DNA of 64,000 bases from Takakia lepidozioides (taxonomy: Eukaryota > Plantae > Bryophyta). Shown one piece after another: positions 39,670-50,629 of the stretch (position 1 is its first letter; each line of letters begins with the position of its first letter). The DNA is taken from NCBI GenBank assembly GCA_030704615.1, contig CM060734.1:48360001-48424000 (forward strand), given 5' to 3'. The translations under genes were made by a program, and so were the position numbers. The notes beneath the pieces were generated by a model. The model was not told where the DNA came from. It did no database searches and saw only the letters and a program-made list of their open reading frames with translations.

Positions 39670-40700
39670 TGTTAGAGGACTGTAGGGGACTTAGACACTT
39701 ATACGGGATCTGTAGGGTACCCTTAAATTTTGCACAGACTGAGACCAACAGGAGCCTTAGGGGTGACAGCAGCGCACTGTAGAGGGGGGGTTACACAGTC
39801 GTCACAGCCCACACAGCCAACACAGCCCGTCACAGTCGTCACAGCCCACACAGCCAACACAGCCAACACAGCCCGTCAAAGTCGTCACAGTCGTCACAGC
39901 CAACACAGCCAACACAGCCGACACAGTCGACACAGCCGACACAGCCGATACAGCCCGGCAGAGCCACACAGCCGACACAGCCGACACAGCCCGGCACAAC
40001 CACACAGCCAGTCACAGCCCGTCACAGTTTCACACAGCCAGTCACAGCTTGACACTGCTATCACGATCATAGGGAACGAAGAGTAGGACAGGGAACGACT
40101 GTGGGGAACAACACCTGCGAAGGGAACATGTTAGTTCACAGACGACGGTTAGTGAGGGAAACGGTTAGAACTGCGGATAGGAAGATAAAAGGGAAAACGG
40201 GGAATGAAGGAGGGGGATTTTTATCATTATTCGGAGGAGGACTTCTTAGTCAGGCTGGAGCGGAGATCGGAAGCAAAGATGGAGAGCACGGTGAAGGAGG
40301 AAAGAGGATTAGTAGATGCTTGTTATATGCAAAGCTGTAGTGATATTGTAGAGCAGATTAGAGACACAATGGCTTCGGCCTGATACCTGATAAATCATAA
40401 TCTGATACTTATACGATACAATCACACTGTGTAGAGAGATCTGAGTGAAGCTGTGGATTGAATGGATGAGTGAAGGAAACCGATAGATTGATGAAGCAAA
40501 CTGATACTTAATTATCAATGGTAAGGTAGCTAAGATGAATGCGGAAAGGGAAACAAATAGGAAACACCCCCATGATACACTAGCTGTAGGTCATGACTGA
40601 TTGTTCTGCGCGGGCTGAGTACTTAGAGATTTCCAACTCTTCTATCTTGGAGTTTCCGCCTCGGATAGCGAAGGGATGGGTGAGTAAAAGCCGCGCGACA
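39670..40700 (+). repeat. Gypsy 5' LTR (1031 bp) with a CACAG(C/T)C microrepeat array at about 39793-40050
   Basis: Matches 52059-53108 except in the array. Confidence 0.95.
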
Positions 40701-41288
40701 TTTGGCGACCATACTGGGGACCTGGGACATGAACAACCAGATGTGACAGGCATCTGGTGGGATCATGGTGGTTGGACCATTAAAGAATTTGAAGTGAATC
40801 AAATTCCCTGTGGAACGAAGGAAGAAAGATTGTCCAAACAATTCTTTCAAAGGTTCTTGGAATTGCCAGACGGTTGTAAAGAAAATATTCTTAAACGAGT
40901 GCATGATGCTGATCCAGAATGGGGTCTGGAGAAAGGAGTGATAAAGATTTATCAGGTAGCCTGTAGAGGAAGAGCACGTTGGTTACCAACATTGGTTTAT
41001 GTGATAGCATTGCTATCCATTAAACGAGTAGAGTTTGAAGGCTGGGAAGAAAGAAAGGTGAATGTTTATACTCATATGCATGAAGAGCTTGTACTGGTAA
41101 AGAATTGGATTCCAAAGGATATTTTGTGGATCAAACTCACACCAAGAACAGCTTTTCAGACTTGTTTGCCATATGGTTATATGGTAACGGAGACTTCAAG
41201 TATAGCCAAGGGTGCATTGAAGCTTGAAAGAAACCCAGGCATATACGAGAGATATTACAGAAGAGAGTTTTGGTTATTGCCACATTAA
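40593..41288 (+). CDS. Accessory ORF upstream of gag, up to 231 aa, unknown function
   Basis: Open frame from an ATG inside the LTR through the PBS, ending 21 nt before the gag ATG. Confidence 0.55.
   Translation: MTDCSARAEYLEISNSSILEFPPRIAKGWVSKSRATFGDHTGDLGHEQPDVTGIWWDHGGWTIKEFEVNQIPCGTKEERLSKQFFQRFLELPDGCKENILKRVHDADPEWGLEKGVIKIYQVACRGRARWLPTLVYVIALLSIKRVEFEGWEERKVNVYTHMHEELVLVKNWIPKDILWIKLTPRTAFQTCLPYGYMVTETSSIAKGALKLERNPGIYERYYRREFWLLPH
40703..40720 (+). promoter_or_regulatory. Primer-binding site, probably tRNA-Arg
   Basis: TGGCGACCATACTGGGGA, 2 nt after the LTR; resembles the complement of plant tRNA-Arg 3' ends (..GTCGCCA). Confidence 0.7.
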
Positions 41289-41309
41289 AAGAAATGAAAG
41301 ACATGGGAC

Positions 41310-44300
41310 ATGAGTGATGAAAGAGAAGCTAGACGACAGAGATATTCAGCAAAAAGAGAAAGCTATCTGAAAGCTAATTATCCATATCTTTGGGAGAGAG
41401 GAATAGACATAGGGGAATCATCTGGACCTCTCACACCATCAAGATCAAAGAGTGCATCACCTATACCGGAAGAACTAGAGTTGGATGCCACTCCTTCTGT
41501 TTCTTTGCAAGAAAGATTAAGGGAATTGGTACAGGAAGAAGATCAATCACGAGGTGAAAGATCTGAGGTACATCCTTGGATAAAAGACTTGACAGAAATC
41601 TTTGATAAGAGTTGGCATGGAACACCAAAAGCAGGAACTCCAGTTTCTGAAGCAGAAGATGAAGAAGGAGAAGAGGATGTGGCAGAGCCAACGGAGAGTT
41701 CAGACTCTCCAACACCATTACAGTTGAGTTACATGAGTGAAGAAGAAACCCAAGGGCAGAACTTGGAGGATGAAAACAGAGAGAAGAAATTAGAAGAGGA
41801 AGAATATGAAGAAGTAGACCCAACAGCTGAGGTTGAGACTACAACCAGGACATCCCAACCCGTTGGACCTGGATCAAGTGGAGCACTTGGATCACAGGCC
41901 AACGAAGGTGTCGGCTCAGGGGGATCAGGCGGGCTGCCTGGATCTGGCTCTGGGGGGACAGGGAGTGTGGGAAGTAGTGCAACTGAAGCTGGGAATACTG
42001 TGAATATCGTGGGGCCAGAAGCAAGGAGTGCTCAAGGGCCACCACTTGGTGGAAGATCCACCACAAAAACAACAGGTCCAGAAGGACCAGCACCAGCAAG
42101 GGTGCCAGCACCTGTCAGTGGGCAGAAGGTAGGGCCACAGATGGCGTTACAACCAACACGGGCAAAACCACCCTTTCCAATATATTCAGGAAAAGGGGAT
42201 CCCGATGTACACATTAGCCAATTTGAGCACATGTGTATAGTGAACAATGAGAATGGCGATGATGCCAAGATGAGACTGTTTCCTTGTTCACTTATCAAGA
42301 AAGCAAGTGAATGGTATGCAAGATTCCCTGATAATCATTTCCTAACCTGGAATGGCTTGAATACAGCATTTCGAAATAGGTTCAGGACAAGTAAAACTGA
42401 GGATGAAGTGTATGGAAGTTTACAACAGCTGAAGCAGAAGAAGCATGAAACTGTTGAAGAGTATATGGAGAAGATGGAATTGATGATGAAAAAGCTGGCT
42501 GCAGTACCAGCACCCGGTTACAGAAGACTTGGTTTGTGAGTGGACTAAGACCAGAGTTGCAAAAGAAAGTGGATATGTTACCCCATAATACAGTGGAGGA
42601 GGCATTTGAAACTGCGAACAGAATTGAGCAATTGGGAATGCTCAGGAGAGAGAAAAAAGAAGATGAGGACTCTGAGGATGAGTCAGATGAAGAAGAAGAG
42701 CAAGAACTAAAAAGAAAGAGTAAGAGAAAGGAGAAGTTGAAGAGGGATAACTATGAAAAAAAATTGGAAGAAATCTTGAAGAAGTATGCCACAGAGGCTG
42801 CAACACATTGGAGGAAGGGTGTATGGTGTGCAAAGTGCCAGAATGAAGGCCATACCACCACAGAATGCCACATGAAGGAGAAACACTGTACTATCTGTAA
42901 AATGGATAACCATTCTACTGAGAATTGTTACTACAACAGAAGGACAGCTGCAAGAGAACCTAGGCAAGTAAGGGTGCATCAGGTGCAGCCCCAGCCAAGA
43001 AGAAACAATGATCAGGACCACTATGGTAGGTCTGGTGGTTATAACAATGGCATGGAAGGGAGAGGTAATTCAAGAGGGAATTACCAAGGAAATTCCAGAG
43101 GCAACTATCAGGGTAATCCAAGGGGGAATTACCAGCCCGGGAATCAGGATTATAGAAATAATCCAAGAACAGACCAAGGGCGAGGACCCAATGGTGAAGA
43201 GCTATGTTACTATTGTAATCAGCCAGGACATCGCAAGGCAGCCTGTTCATTCTGGATAAGACACCAGAATGAGATGAGAGCTCCTGTGAATGAGGGCCCA
43301 GTGGTGGCAGCTCACATGGTTAGGCCATGTGTTGTACCAGAAGTAAGTACAATGATAGTAACAAGAAGTAAAGCCAAACTAATACCTCCAGTAGAAGAGG
43401 AAGAAGATGAGACTGGAAGTGGCAATGATATGCCTGAAGATGAAGAGACTTGGAAAGATGAGAAGGAACTGCACAAGGAAGTGGCAGATACTATAAGGGA
43501 AATGCAAAAGAGTACTGATATTCCTGTGGCAGATTCCTCTGATTCGGATGGAGAAAAAGAAGGGAGTGAGGAAGAAAGGAAAAAAGAAGATGCAGACATG
43601 CAAAGTAATGAAGAGACTTTGGCTGCAGTAATATGTCAGACCAAAGCAGAAATTACCATTGGACAGCTATTAGCTGTGGCACCTTATTGTAGGCACAGGC
43701 TGTATCAAGCAATCAATCGAATTGCCCAAGAGACAGGAAACACAGACCTGAACAGCAAGGTGACCAGTTATAATGTGAAGCCGGAAGGGCGAGAACCAGT
43801 CATGGACTTTGATGATTCTATGCCAGTAATCCAATTGAGAATTGGAAGCACAGAACTAACTGATGTACTGATAGATGGTGGTTCTGGAGTAAATATCATG
43901 ACAGACCAATTAAGGAAGAAGCTTGGTCTAAGTAACATGAAACCAGCCCCATTTACAGTAACAATGGCAGATCAAAGAAGTGTACAGCCATTGGGATTAA
44001 TAAGAGGAGTTAAGATACAGATACAGAAAATGATCTTTATGATCACAGTAACTGTATTAAAAATGGATGAAGTCATGGAGGCTTACTCCTTATTATTGGG
44101 ACGTCCGTGGCTGAAACAGGCCAGGGTATTCCATGACTGGAATTCTCAGTTACTAACCGTGCATAATGGGATACACGAGATACAAATTACCACAAAGAAA
44201 TCTAGTAGATTACCTGCTACAAGAAGACCTCGAGGAGTCAGAGAGTATGACTGGAGAGGAGGACTGGATGAGGAGCAGGAAGCTACCCTATTTGCTGCAC

Positions 44301-47300
44301 ACCCAGAGTGGGAGCAGGTTGCAGAGATGCGGCTGGAAAGCCTAAGTTGTTTGAGAGGTATCTGCTGTGGTGTAGTGACAGCAACACCAACTGAAGAGGA
44401 AACCAGCATTTACCCATCACATTTCTATGAAGAAAGAGAAGGAGAAATAGAAATCCTAGAAGAACCAGCCACTGTGAGCTTACAGGATGAAGTGGTGACT
44501 GGTTGGACAATCACAGCTGATGAGCAGGTGAGAGAAGTAAATGTGGGAACTCAGGAGGAACCGAGGATGGTGAAAGTAGGAGCTGATTTGGAGCCGGAAT
44601 TCTTCGAAGAAGCTAAAAGCTTGTTCATCAAATACAGAGATGTATTTGCTTGGAGCTATGAGGATCTAAAAGGGATACCACCTGAAGTCTGTCAGCATAA
44701 GATTGAACTGGAACCAGGGTCAGTACCAATCAAGCAGGCGAGGTATAGAATGAATCCCAACTACGCACAGAAGGTTGGAGAAGAGATAAAGAAGTTGGCT
44801 GAGGCTAAGTTTATATACCCAATAGAGTATACAACTTGGTTGTCACCCATTGTTATAGTTCCCAAGAAGAATGGCAAACTAAGAGTATGTGTGAACTATA
44901 AGAAGCTGAATGCTTGTACGAAGAAAGATCCTTTCCCTTTGCCATTCACAGAAGCAGTATTAGACACTGTGGCAGGCCATGAGATGTACTCATTCATGGA
45001 TGGCTTCAGTGGTTATAATCAAGTGCAAGTGGCAGAAGAAGACCAAGGGAAAACAGCTTTCATCACAGACTGGGGGGCTTATGCATACAAAGTCATGCCC
45101 TTTGGACTTTGTAATGCACCAGCGACCTTTCAGAGAGTGATAAGTGAATCTTTTCATGAGTATCTGGATGATTTCATGCAGGTATTCTTGGATGATTTCA
45201 GTGTGTACAGCTCTAAGAGTGAGCACTTGCATAAATTGGAGTTATGTTTGGCCAGATGCAGGATGAGAGGTCTGGGCCTGAATCCAGAGAAGTGTACTTT
45301 CTGTGTGAACTCAGGGGTGCTTCTGGGACACATTGTGTGTAAGAAGGGACTCCTTGTGGATCCCAGGAAGACAGAGTCCATTAAAGCCTCTCCACCACCA
45401 GTGAATGTTAAGAGTTTAAGGAGATTCCTTGGGCAAACCAGTTATTACAGAGATTTGTCAAAAGGTATGCACAAATAGCAGCACCATTGAGCAAACTACT
45501 GAAGAAAGATGCAGTGTTTGCCTGGACAGCTGAATGTCAACAGGCGTTTGAGGAACTTACACTGTCAGTAACAACTACACCTGTGCTGATTAACCCTCAC
45601 TGGCATGTAGTATTTCATGTTCACTGCGATGCATCAGGAGAAGCGTTGGGAGCGGTGTTAGCCCAGAATGTTACAGGGAATATAGATTCACCTGTGTACT
45701 ATGCTAGCCGGTTGATGAACAGTGCTGAGAGGAACTATAGCACAACGGAAAGAGAAGCATTGGCAATGATTTATGCAGTCAAGAAATTCAGGCATTACCT
45801 ATTGGGAAGAAAGTTTATGTTTTATGTGGATCACCAGGCTCTGATATATCTGGTGAACAAACCTTTGATAAGTGGAAGGATAGCGAGGTGGTTAATAATC
45901 TTGCATGAGTTTGAGTTCGAGGTTATTTACAAGCCTGGCCGTTTGCATCTTGTGGCAGATCATTTGTCACGACTAACAACAGGAGAGGCCGCCACAGGAG
46001 TGGACGATCAGTTACCTGATGCGAGTTTATTTGTAATGGAGGTGCAAGGAAGTGCAGATGAATGGTTAGATTGGCAGTGGCCAATCAGATACTACCTTGC
46101 TCATGGTCAGTGCCCACCTAGTTATGGTAAGGAGCAGAGGAAGAGAATCGCTATCAAAGCTTTACCTTATACTATGGTAGGAAGCAGAATGTATAAGTTA
46201 GGACCTGATGGAGTACTAAAACGATGCTTGTACCACCATGAAGTAAATAAAGTTTTGGCGGAAGTTCATAAAGGAGTGGCTGGAGGTCATTTTGGAGAAG
46301 AGACTACCAGTAGAAAGATACTACTCGCAGGATACTGGTGGCCTACTTTGTTCAAAGATGTACACGAGTATTGTCAGAAGTGTGATGAATGTCAGAGGCT
46401 AGGACCTTTGCAGAGATCTGGAAGGATGGCCTTGCATCCTACAATGCCTACGGAACCATTTCAGAAATGGGGACTAGACTTTGTTGGACCAATTAATCCA
46501 CCATCCAAGAATACACGAAACAGGTACATAATTACAGCCACTGATTATACTACAAAGTGGGTGGAAGCTAAAGCTTTGAGGGACAACACAGCCAAGTCCA
46601 CAGCAAGGTTCCTGTACGAGAACATACTTACACGATTTGGCTGTCCCTTAGAATTTATCAGTGATCAAGGAAGTCACTTCATGAATGAGACCATTGAGTT
46701 GTTGACTAAAGAGTTTATGATTGTGCATAGAAAGAGTACAACATATTACCCACAGGGTAATGGGCAGGCAGAGGCTACCAACAAAATACTATGTACTATC
46801 TTGGCTAAGATAGTCAATGCAAACAGAACGGATTGGGATACAAAGCTGCTGACAGCTTTGTGGTCATACAGGACTTCATATAAAGTCACCACTAAGTATA
46901 CACCATTCCAATTAGTTTATGGTATGGAAGCCTTACTTCCAGTGGAATTCCTGTTACCTACCATGAGAACGGAGTGGGGAAAAAGAATGGAATTGCAAGA
47001 CTCCATCAAGGTCAGGAAACATGAATTATACCATGTGGAAGAAGTACGTGCTGATGCAGCTGATAATATGACCAGAATTCAGATGAAGCGAAAGGAACAG
47101 TTTGATGAAGGCAAGTTAAAGACTTTTAAGACGGGGGATTTGGTTCTATGGTTGCAGAAGAAAGGAAAGATTCAAGCTTCTAAGCTTAAATCACCATGGA
47201 AAGGACCTTATGTCATACAAAAGATGTATGATAACAACACCGCCATGTTACAAACCATTAACAAAGAAATGCTGGGAAGAGTCAATGCAAATAAGTTGAA

Positions 47301-47742
47301 GGGGTACAGTGGTATCCATGACAAACCCCTGCAGCATGATTTGCATGTTGAACCGCAAGAGCAGTCACGGGCTGCACCAGTGTTACGAACGGAGTATGGA
47401 ACACTTGTCGCTAGGCCCAGCATATATGACCAGGGTGGGCAAAACAAACGTGACACAGCCTATCACAGCCCATCAAGGCGCAACACAGCCTATCACAGCC
47501 CATCACGACGTGACACAGCCTATCACAGCCCAGCAAGGCGCAACACAGCCTATCACAGCCCATCACGACGTGACACAGCCTATCACAGCCCAGCAAGGCG
47601 CAACACAGCCTATCACAGCCCATCACACGTGACACAGCCTATCACAGCCCAGCACGGCGCAACACAGCCTATCACAACCTACCACAGCGTGTCACAGCCT
47701 ATCACAGCTTACCACAGTGCATCACAGCCTATCACAGCGTAA
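41310..47742 (+). CDS. Gag-Pol polyprotein with two apparent single-base frameshifts (about 42515 and 45450)
   Basis: Gag YSGKGDPDVHI..LFPCSL. CCHC knuckles CAKCQNEGHTTTEC, CTICKMDNHSTENC and CYYCNQPGHRKAAC. Protease LIDGGSGVN, RT MPFGLCNAPATFQ/FLDDF, RNase H HCDAS, integrase GHFG..CDEC/LDFVGP/SDQGSHF/AEATN, GPY/F motif WKGPY. Confidence 0.93.
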
Positions 47743-47780
47743 CACAGTATGACACAGCCTGTCACAGCTCAACACAGCCT
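47451..47780 (+). repeat. Hierarchical tandem array (10-bp subunit, 30-bp unit, 60-bp higher-order unit) at the end of pol
   Basis: TGACACAGCC TATCACAGCC CA(T/G)CAAGGCG alternating with CAACACAGCC TATCACAGCC CATCACGACG. Confidence 0.95.
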
Positions 47781-47839
47781 ACTAAAGTTACACGATCCAT
47801 AGAATCAGTGACAAGTGGACACATAATAACTTCAGGAAA

Positions 47840-50629
47840 ATGGCTGACGGAAGAAGAAACGGAAATTACTTTAAAAATAGACACGTGGAGGTCAGGGCGC
47901 GACACACAGCGAGAATGAAGTGCAAGGACAGGTGTCAAAAAGAAAGAGGACAAGAACGGCCGTCAAAAGGGATGAAAGGCGGGCCCATTAATGAGTACGG
48001 AAAAAGGGAAACGGAACGAACGGCAAGTACAGAAAAGCGGAATTCTTGTCACATGTGTGATCCTAGTGGACTATCCAACAGGGAAAGTCCACTAAAGAAG
48101 ATAAAATCTAAAATCCAGTCACAGCGGATACAGCCAATAGAAAACCAGAGAAAGGATCAAGAAAATGGAGGGAAATTGAGCGCAAGAGGCGGCGTCGTTC
48201 TGAGTAACGGGCGTCTCGACAGGACAGGCCATAAATGCTATAACTTGGAAACTATGGAGGAACTAACAGACTATACGCTCGCAATATTACTTACGCAGTG
48301 GCATAGACACGAAAGGACAGAGCGGAGCTTTTCTCTTGAGCGATGCTTGCAAGCCCCGCAGGCTTACAAGAAATTACCCATAGCTTTCTGCGGCAACCAT
48401 ACGTTTATGCTTTGTGCACTACAGGCATTCCTGCAGTTGTTACAGCCAAAACAGTTCTGTGAGTCTAAAATGAAGAGAGTGAGAGGAATGGAGGAAATCA
48501 GGGTGAAGAGCACCACAATTCTGCAGAAACAAACGATGGCTACCCCACAGGCGATAAAGATACTGGAGGAGCTGAGATTGGAAGGATTGCAAAGCCTAGA
48601 TTGGACACTACACCATAGACAGTACATGTTACAATTTTTGCAGAACTTTGAGCCAAGGACAGGAACAACAACGGTGAAGGGAGTTGAATTAATGATTACT
48701 CCCCTATACCTCCAGCAATTGTTTCGATTGCCAGCAGGTCAGGTGCATGTGGAGGAACACAGGGCAAGACTGCAAATAGGGGACTTATTCCAAGAAGGGA
48801 GTTTCTTTAAAACTCAGGGTTATGCTTGTACCAAAGCTGTGTACCCAGGGTTAAAAGAGATAGGCCAGGTATTGAACGTTCTGATTGCCCTGAAACAGAA
48901 CCAACAGTATTTGAGCAGATCCTTCACAGAGGAAATACTCAAAGGCCTGAAGGGACAAGAGGTACAATGGGCGGACATAATGTACAACGCACTGGTAGAG
49001 GAGATGAAAAGATTACAAGGTACTACCGCAAAGTCTCCTATCATAGTGTCTGGCCCAATCATTGCTCAAATAATCCTTGATTCTGGCATACTTAATGCAC
49101 AAGAAAGGAAGGAAATGGGAGTGTTTGAGCCAGAAACAACTGCAATGGAAGAGCAAGGCTCTTCACACAGTGAGGGTGGACTAGCAGCACAACCCGAGAC
49201 TAAGAGGCAGAGAAGGGGAAAGACTGTAGTGGCGGATCCACTGGCTTCACGGATTCCGCATGATAATGTTTCCCAAGCTCATGGCCAGGAAGGGGCACAG
49301 CAGCACAGAGAAATGCTATTACTGGAAGCAGGACCTTCAGAGAGGGAGGAGGAAGTTACTTCTGCATCACAACCATCACAGCCACTTGAACGACTTGTCA
49401 CAAGGTCACAAGTTATCCATGCAGCTCAACCCGAAATAATTGATTTGGAAAGTGAAGGGATAGATATTCCAACTACAGAACAGATAGTGGCAGAAATAGA
49501 GAAAGGGGACCTTCTCTATGAATATTCTGGTCTGGTCAAGGAGACAGAAATCCCAGAGGTGCAACAGTTGCCCAAGGGAAATCCTGAGGTGCATATAATA
49601 CACACACCTGTGTCGGAGGTACCACAGGCGGAAGGTCATGACACTGTAGCACCGGTGATAGATGAAGTAGTTCAGGAAGAAAATCCGGTGGGACAATGGC
49701 CTGAATGGTTAGTGAGACATCACACTGTTGAAGATCAGGAGGAACAGCAGCAACCTCACCATGATGACCCTCAACAGGCAATGCTGATGAGTTCCATAGG
49801 CAGGACACTTAATTTGTTGGGGACTTATGTCAAATCCCATGTTCCAATTACCCAATTGACAGCCTTGAAAGAGGAACTCAGGAAGGAGTTTGAGGCTCGA
49901 CTTGCCACTGAGTGTGCAAACAAGGTCGATGAAGAGGTCACTCTCAAGATGAAGCAGGACTTGGGCAATACAGAAATGGCTTTGCAATTGGCCAAGCAAC
50001 AATTGATTGAGGCAGGCCTCGCGCAAGACCAGTTGCACGAAGCACATAAGCAACAGCTATACCAAATGCAGGTGCAGCATGAAAGCAAGTTGCAAGAACT
50101 GAATGCACTACATACGGAGTTGCAGACAGTGCATAACAGGATGGCGATACAATGTGCTACATTTACAACTATGCTTGACCAATCAACAAAAGAAATAAAC
50201 AGTCAAGCGGAAAAATGTACGAAGGCAGAAGAAGAGAATGTTGAGCAAATGAAGCTCATTGTCGATATGAAGAATACAATCTGTCGCAATGAAGATACTT
50301 TCAAGCAATACAGGCAGATTGAAGCTGATCAAGAGAAGCACATCGTGGAGTTGCAACAAACCATCATGGCCAATAGAAATGAAATCGCGGTCAGTAACAA
50401 GGCTTGGAAGGAAGCCAATAATCTACTTGCTGCTTATGCGCAATTGGTTGAACCTCAGGCGAAGCGCATGGAGGCTTTACAACAGCAGTTGGAATTGTAC
50501 AAGCTAAGAGAGGAGCAAACTCTCAGGGGAACCACAAGCAGCTTGGTGGATAACAGCCTTATGCAGGTCTGGTTAGCACAAGGGCCAGTAGAGGGCAAAG
50601 CCCACGGAAGCTCACCCAAAGCGAGATGA
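47840..50629 (+). CDS. 3' accessory ORF3 (up to 929 aa; true start probably downstream). Athila-type accessory domain, acidic linker and long predicted coiled coil.
   Basis: Uninterrupted 2.8-kb frame. MLQFLQNF..TTVKGVELMITP..LFRLP and EVQWADIMY resemble plant LTR-element accessory-ORF domains. E/Q/K-rich heptad-like C-terminus. Confidence 0.8.
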   Translation: MADGRRNGNYFKNRHVEVRARHTARMKCKDRCQKERGQERPSKGMKGGPINEYGKRETERTASTEKRNSCHMCDPSGLSNRESPLKKIKSKIQSQRIQPIENQRKDQENGGKLSARGGVVLSNGRLDRTGHKCYNLETMEELTDYTLAILLTQWHRHERTERSFSLERCLQAPQAYKKLPIAFCGNHTFMLCALQAFLQLLQPKQFCESKMKRVRGMEEIRVKSTTILQKQTMATPQAIKILEELRLEGLQSLDWTLHHRQYMLQFLQNFEPRTGTTTVKGVELMITPLYLQQLFRLPAGQVHVEEHRARLQIGDLFQEGSFFKTQGYACTKAVYPGLKEIGQVLNVLIALKQNQQYLSRSFTEEILKGLKGQEVQWADIMYNALVEEMKRLQGTTAKSPIIVSGPIIAQIILDSGILNAQERKEMGVFEPETTAMEEQGSSHSEGGLAAQPETKRQRRGKTVVADPLASRIPHDNVSQAHGQEGAQQHREMLLLEAGPSEREEEVTSASQPSQPLERLVTRSQVIHAAQPEIIDLESEGIDIPTTEQIVAEIEKGDLLYEYSGLVKETEIPEVQQLPKGNPEVHIIHTPVSEVPQAEGHDTVAPVIDEVVQEENPVGQWPEWLVRHHTVEDQEEQQQPHHDDPQQAMLMSSIGRTLNLLGTYVKSHVPITQLTALKEELRKEFEARLATECANKVDEEVTLKMKQDLGNTEMALQLAKQQLIEAGLAQDQLHEAHKQQLYQMQVQHESKLQELNALHTELQTVHNRMAIQCATFTTMLDQSTKEINSQAEKCTKAEEENVEQMKLIVDMKNTICRNEDTFKQYRQIEADQEKHIVELQQTIMANRNEIAVSNKAWKEANNLLAAYAQLVEPQAKRMEALQQQLELYKLREEQTLRGTTSSLVDNSLMQVWLAQGPVEGKAHGSSPKAR

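Noticed and set aside
39730-40086. His/Ser/Arg-rich ORFs in the LTRs (also 52119-52460)
   Set aside because: They are by-products of the stop-free CACAG array, and the reading frames differ between the two LTRs.
42500-45490. Programmed ribosomal frameshifts in the gypsy gag-pol
   Set aside because: The shifts fall inside conserved domains (mid-Gag and the YYRRF motif) with no slippery heptamer, so single-base losses or sequencing errors are more likely.
47451-47780. CRISPR-like array (also the LTR arrays and 59602-60660)
   Set aside because: These are head-to-tail tandem repeats without unique spacers, with no cas genes, in a eukaryotic context.
47840-50629. True retroviral envelope gene
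   Set aside because: No evident signal peptide or transmembrane anchor in ORF3; described as an accessory ORF only.
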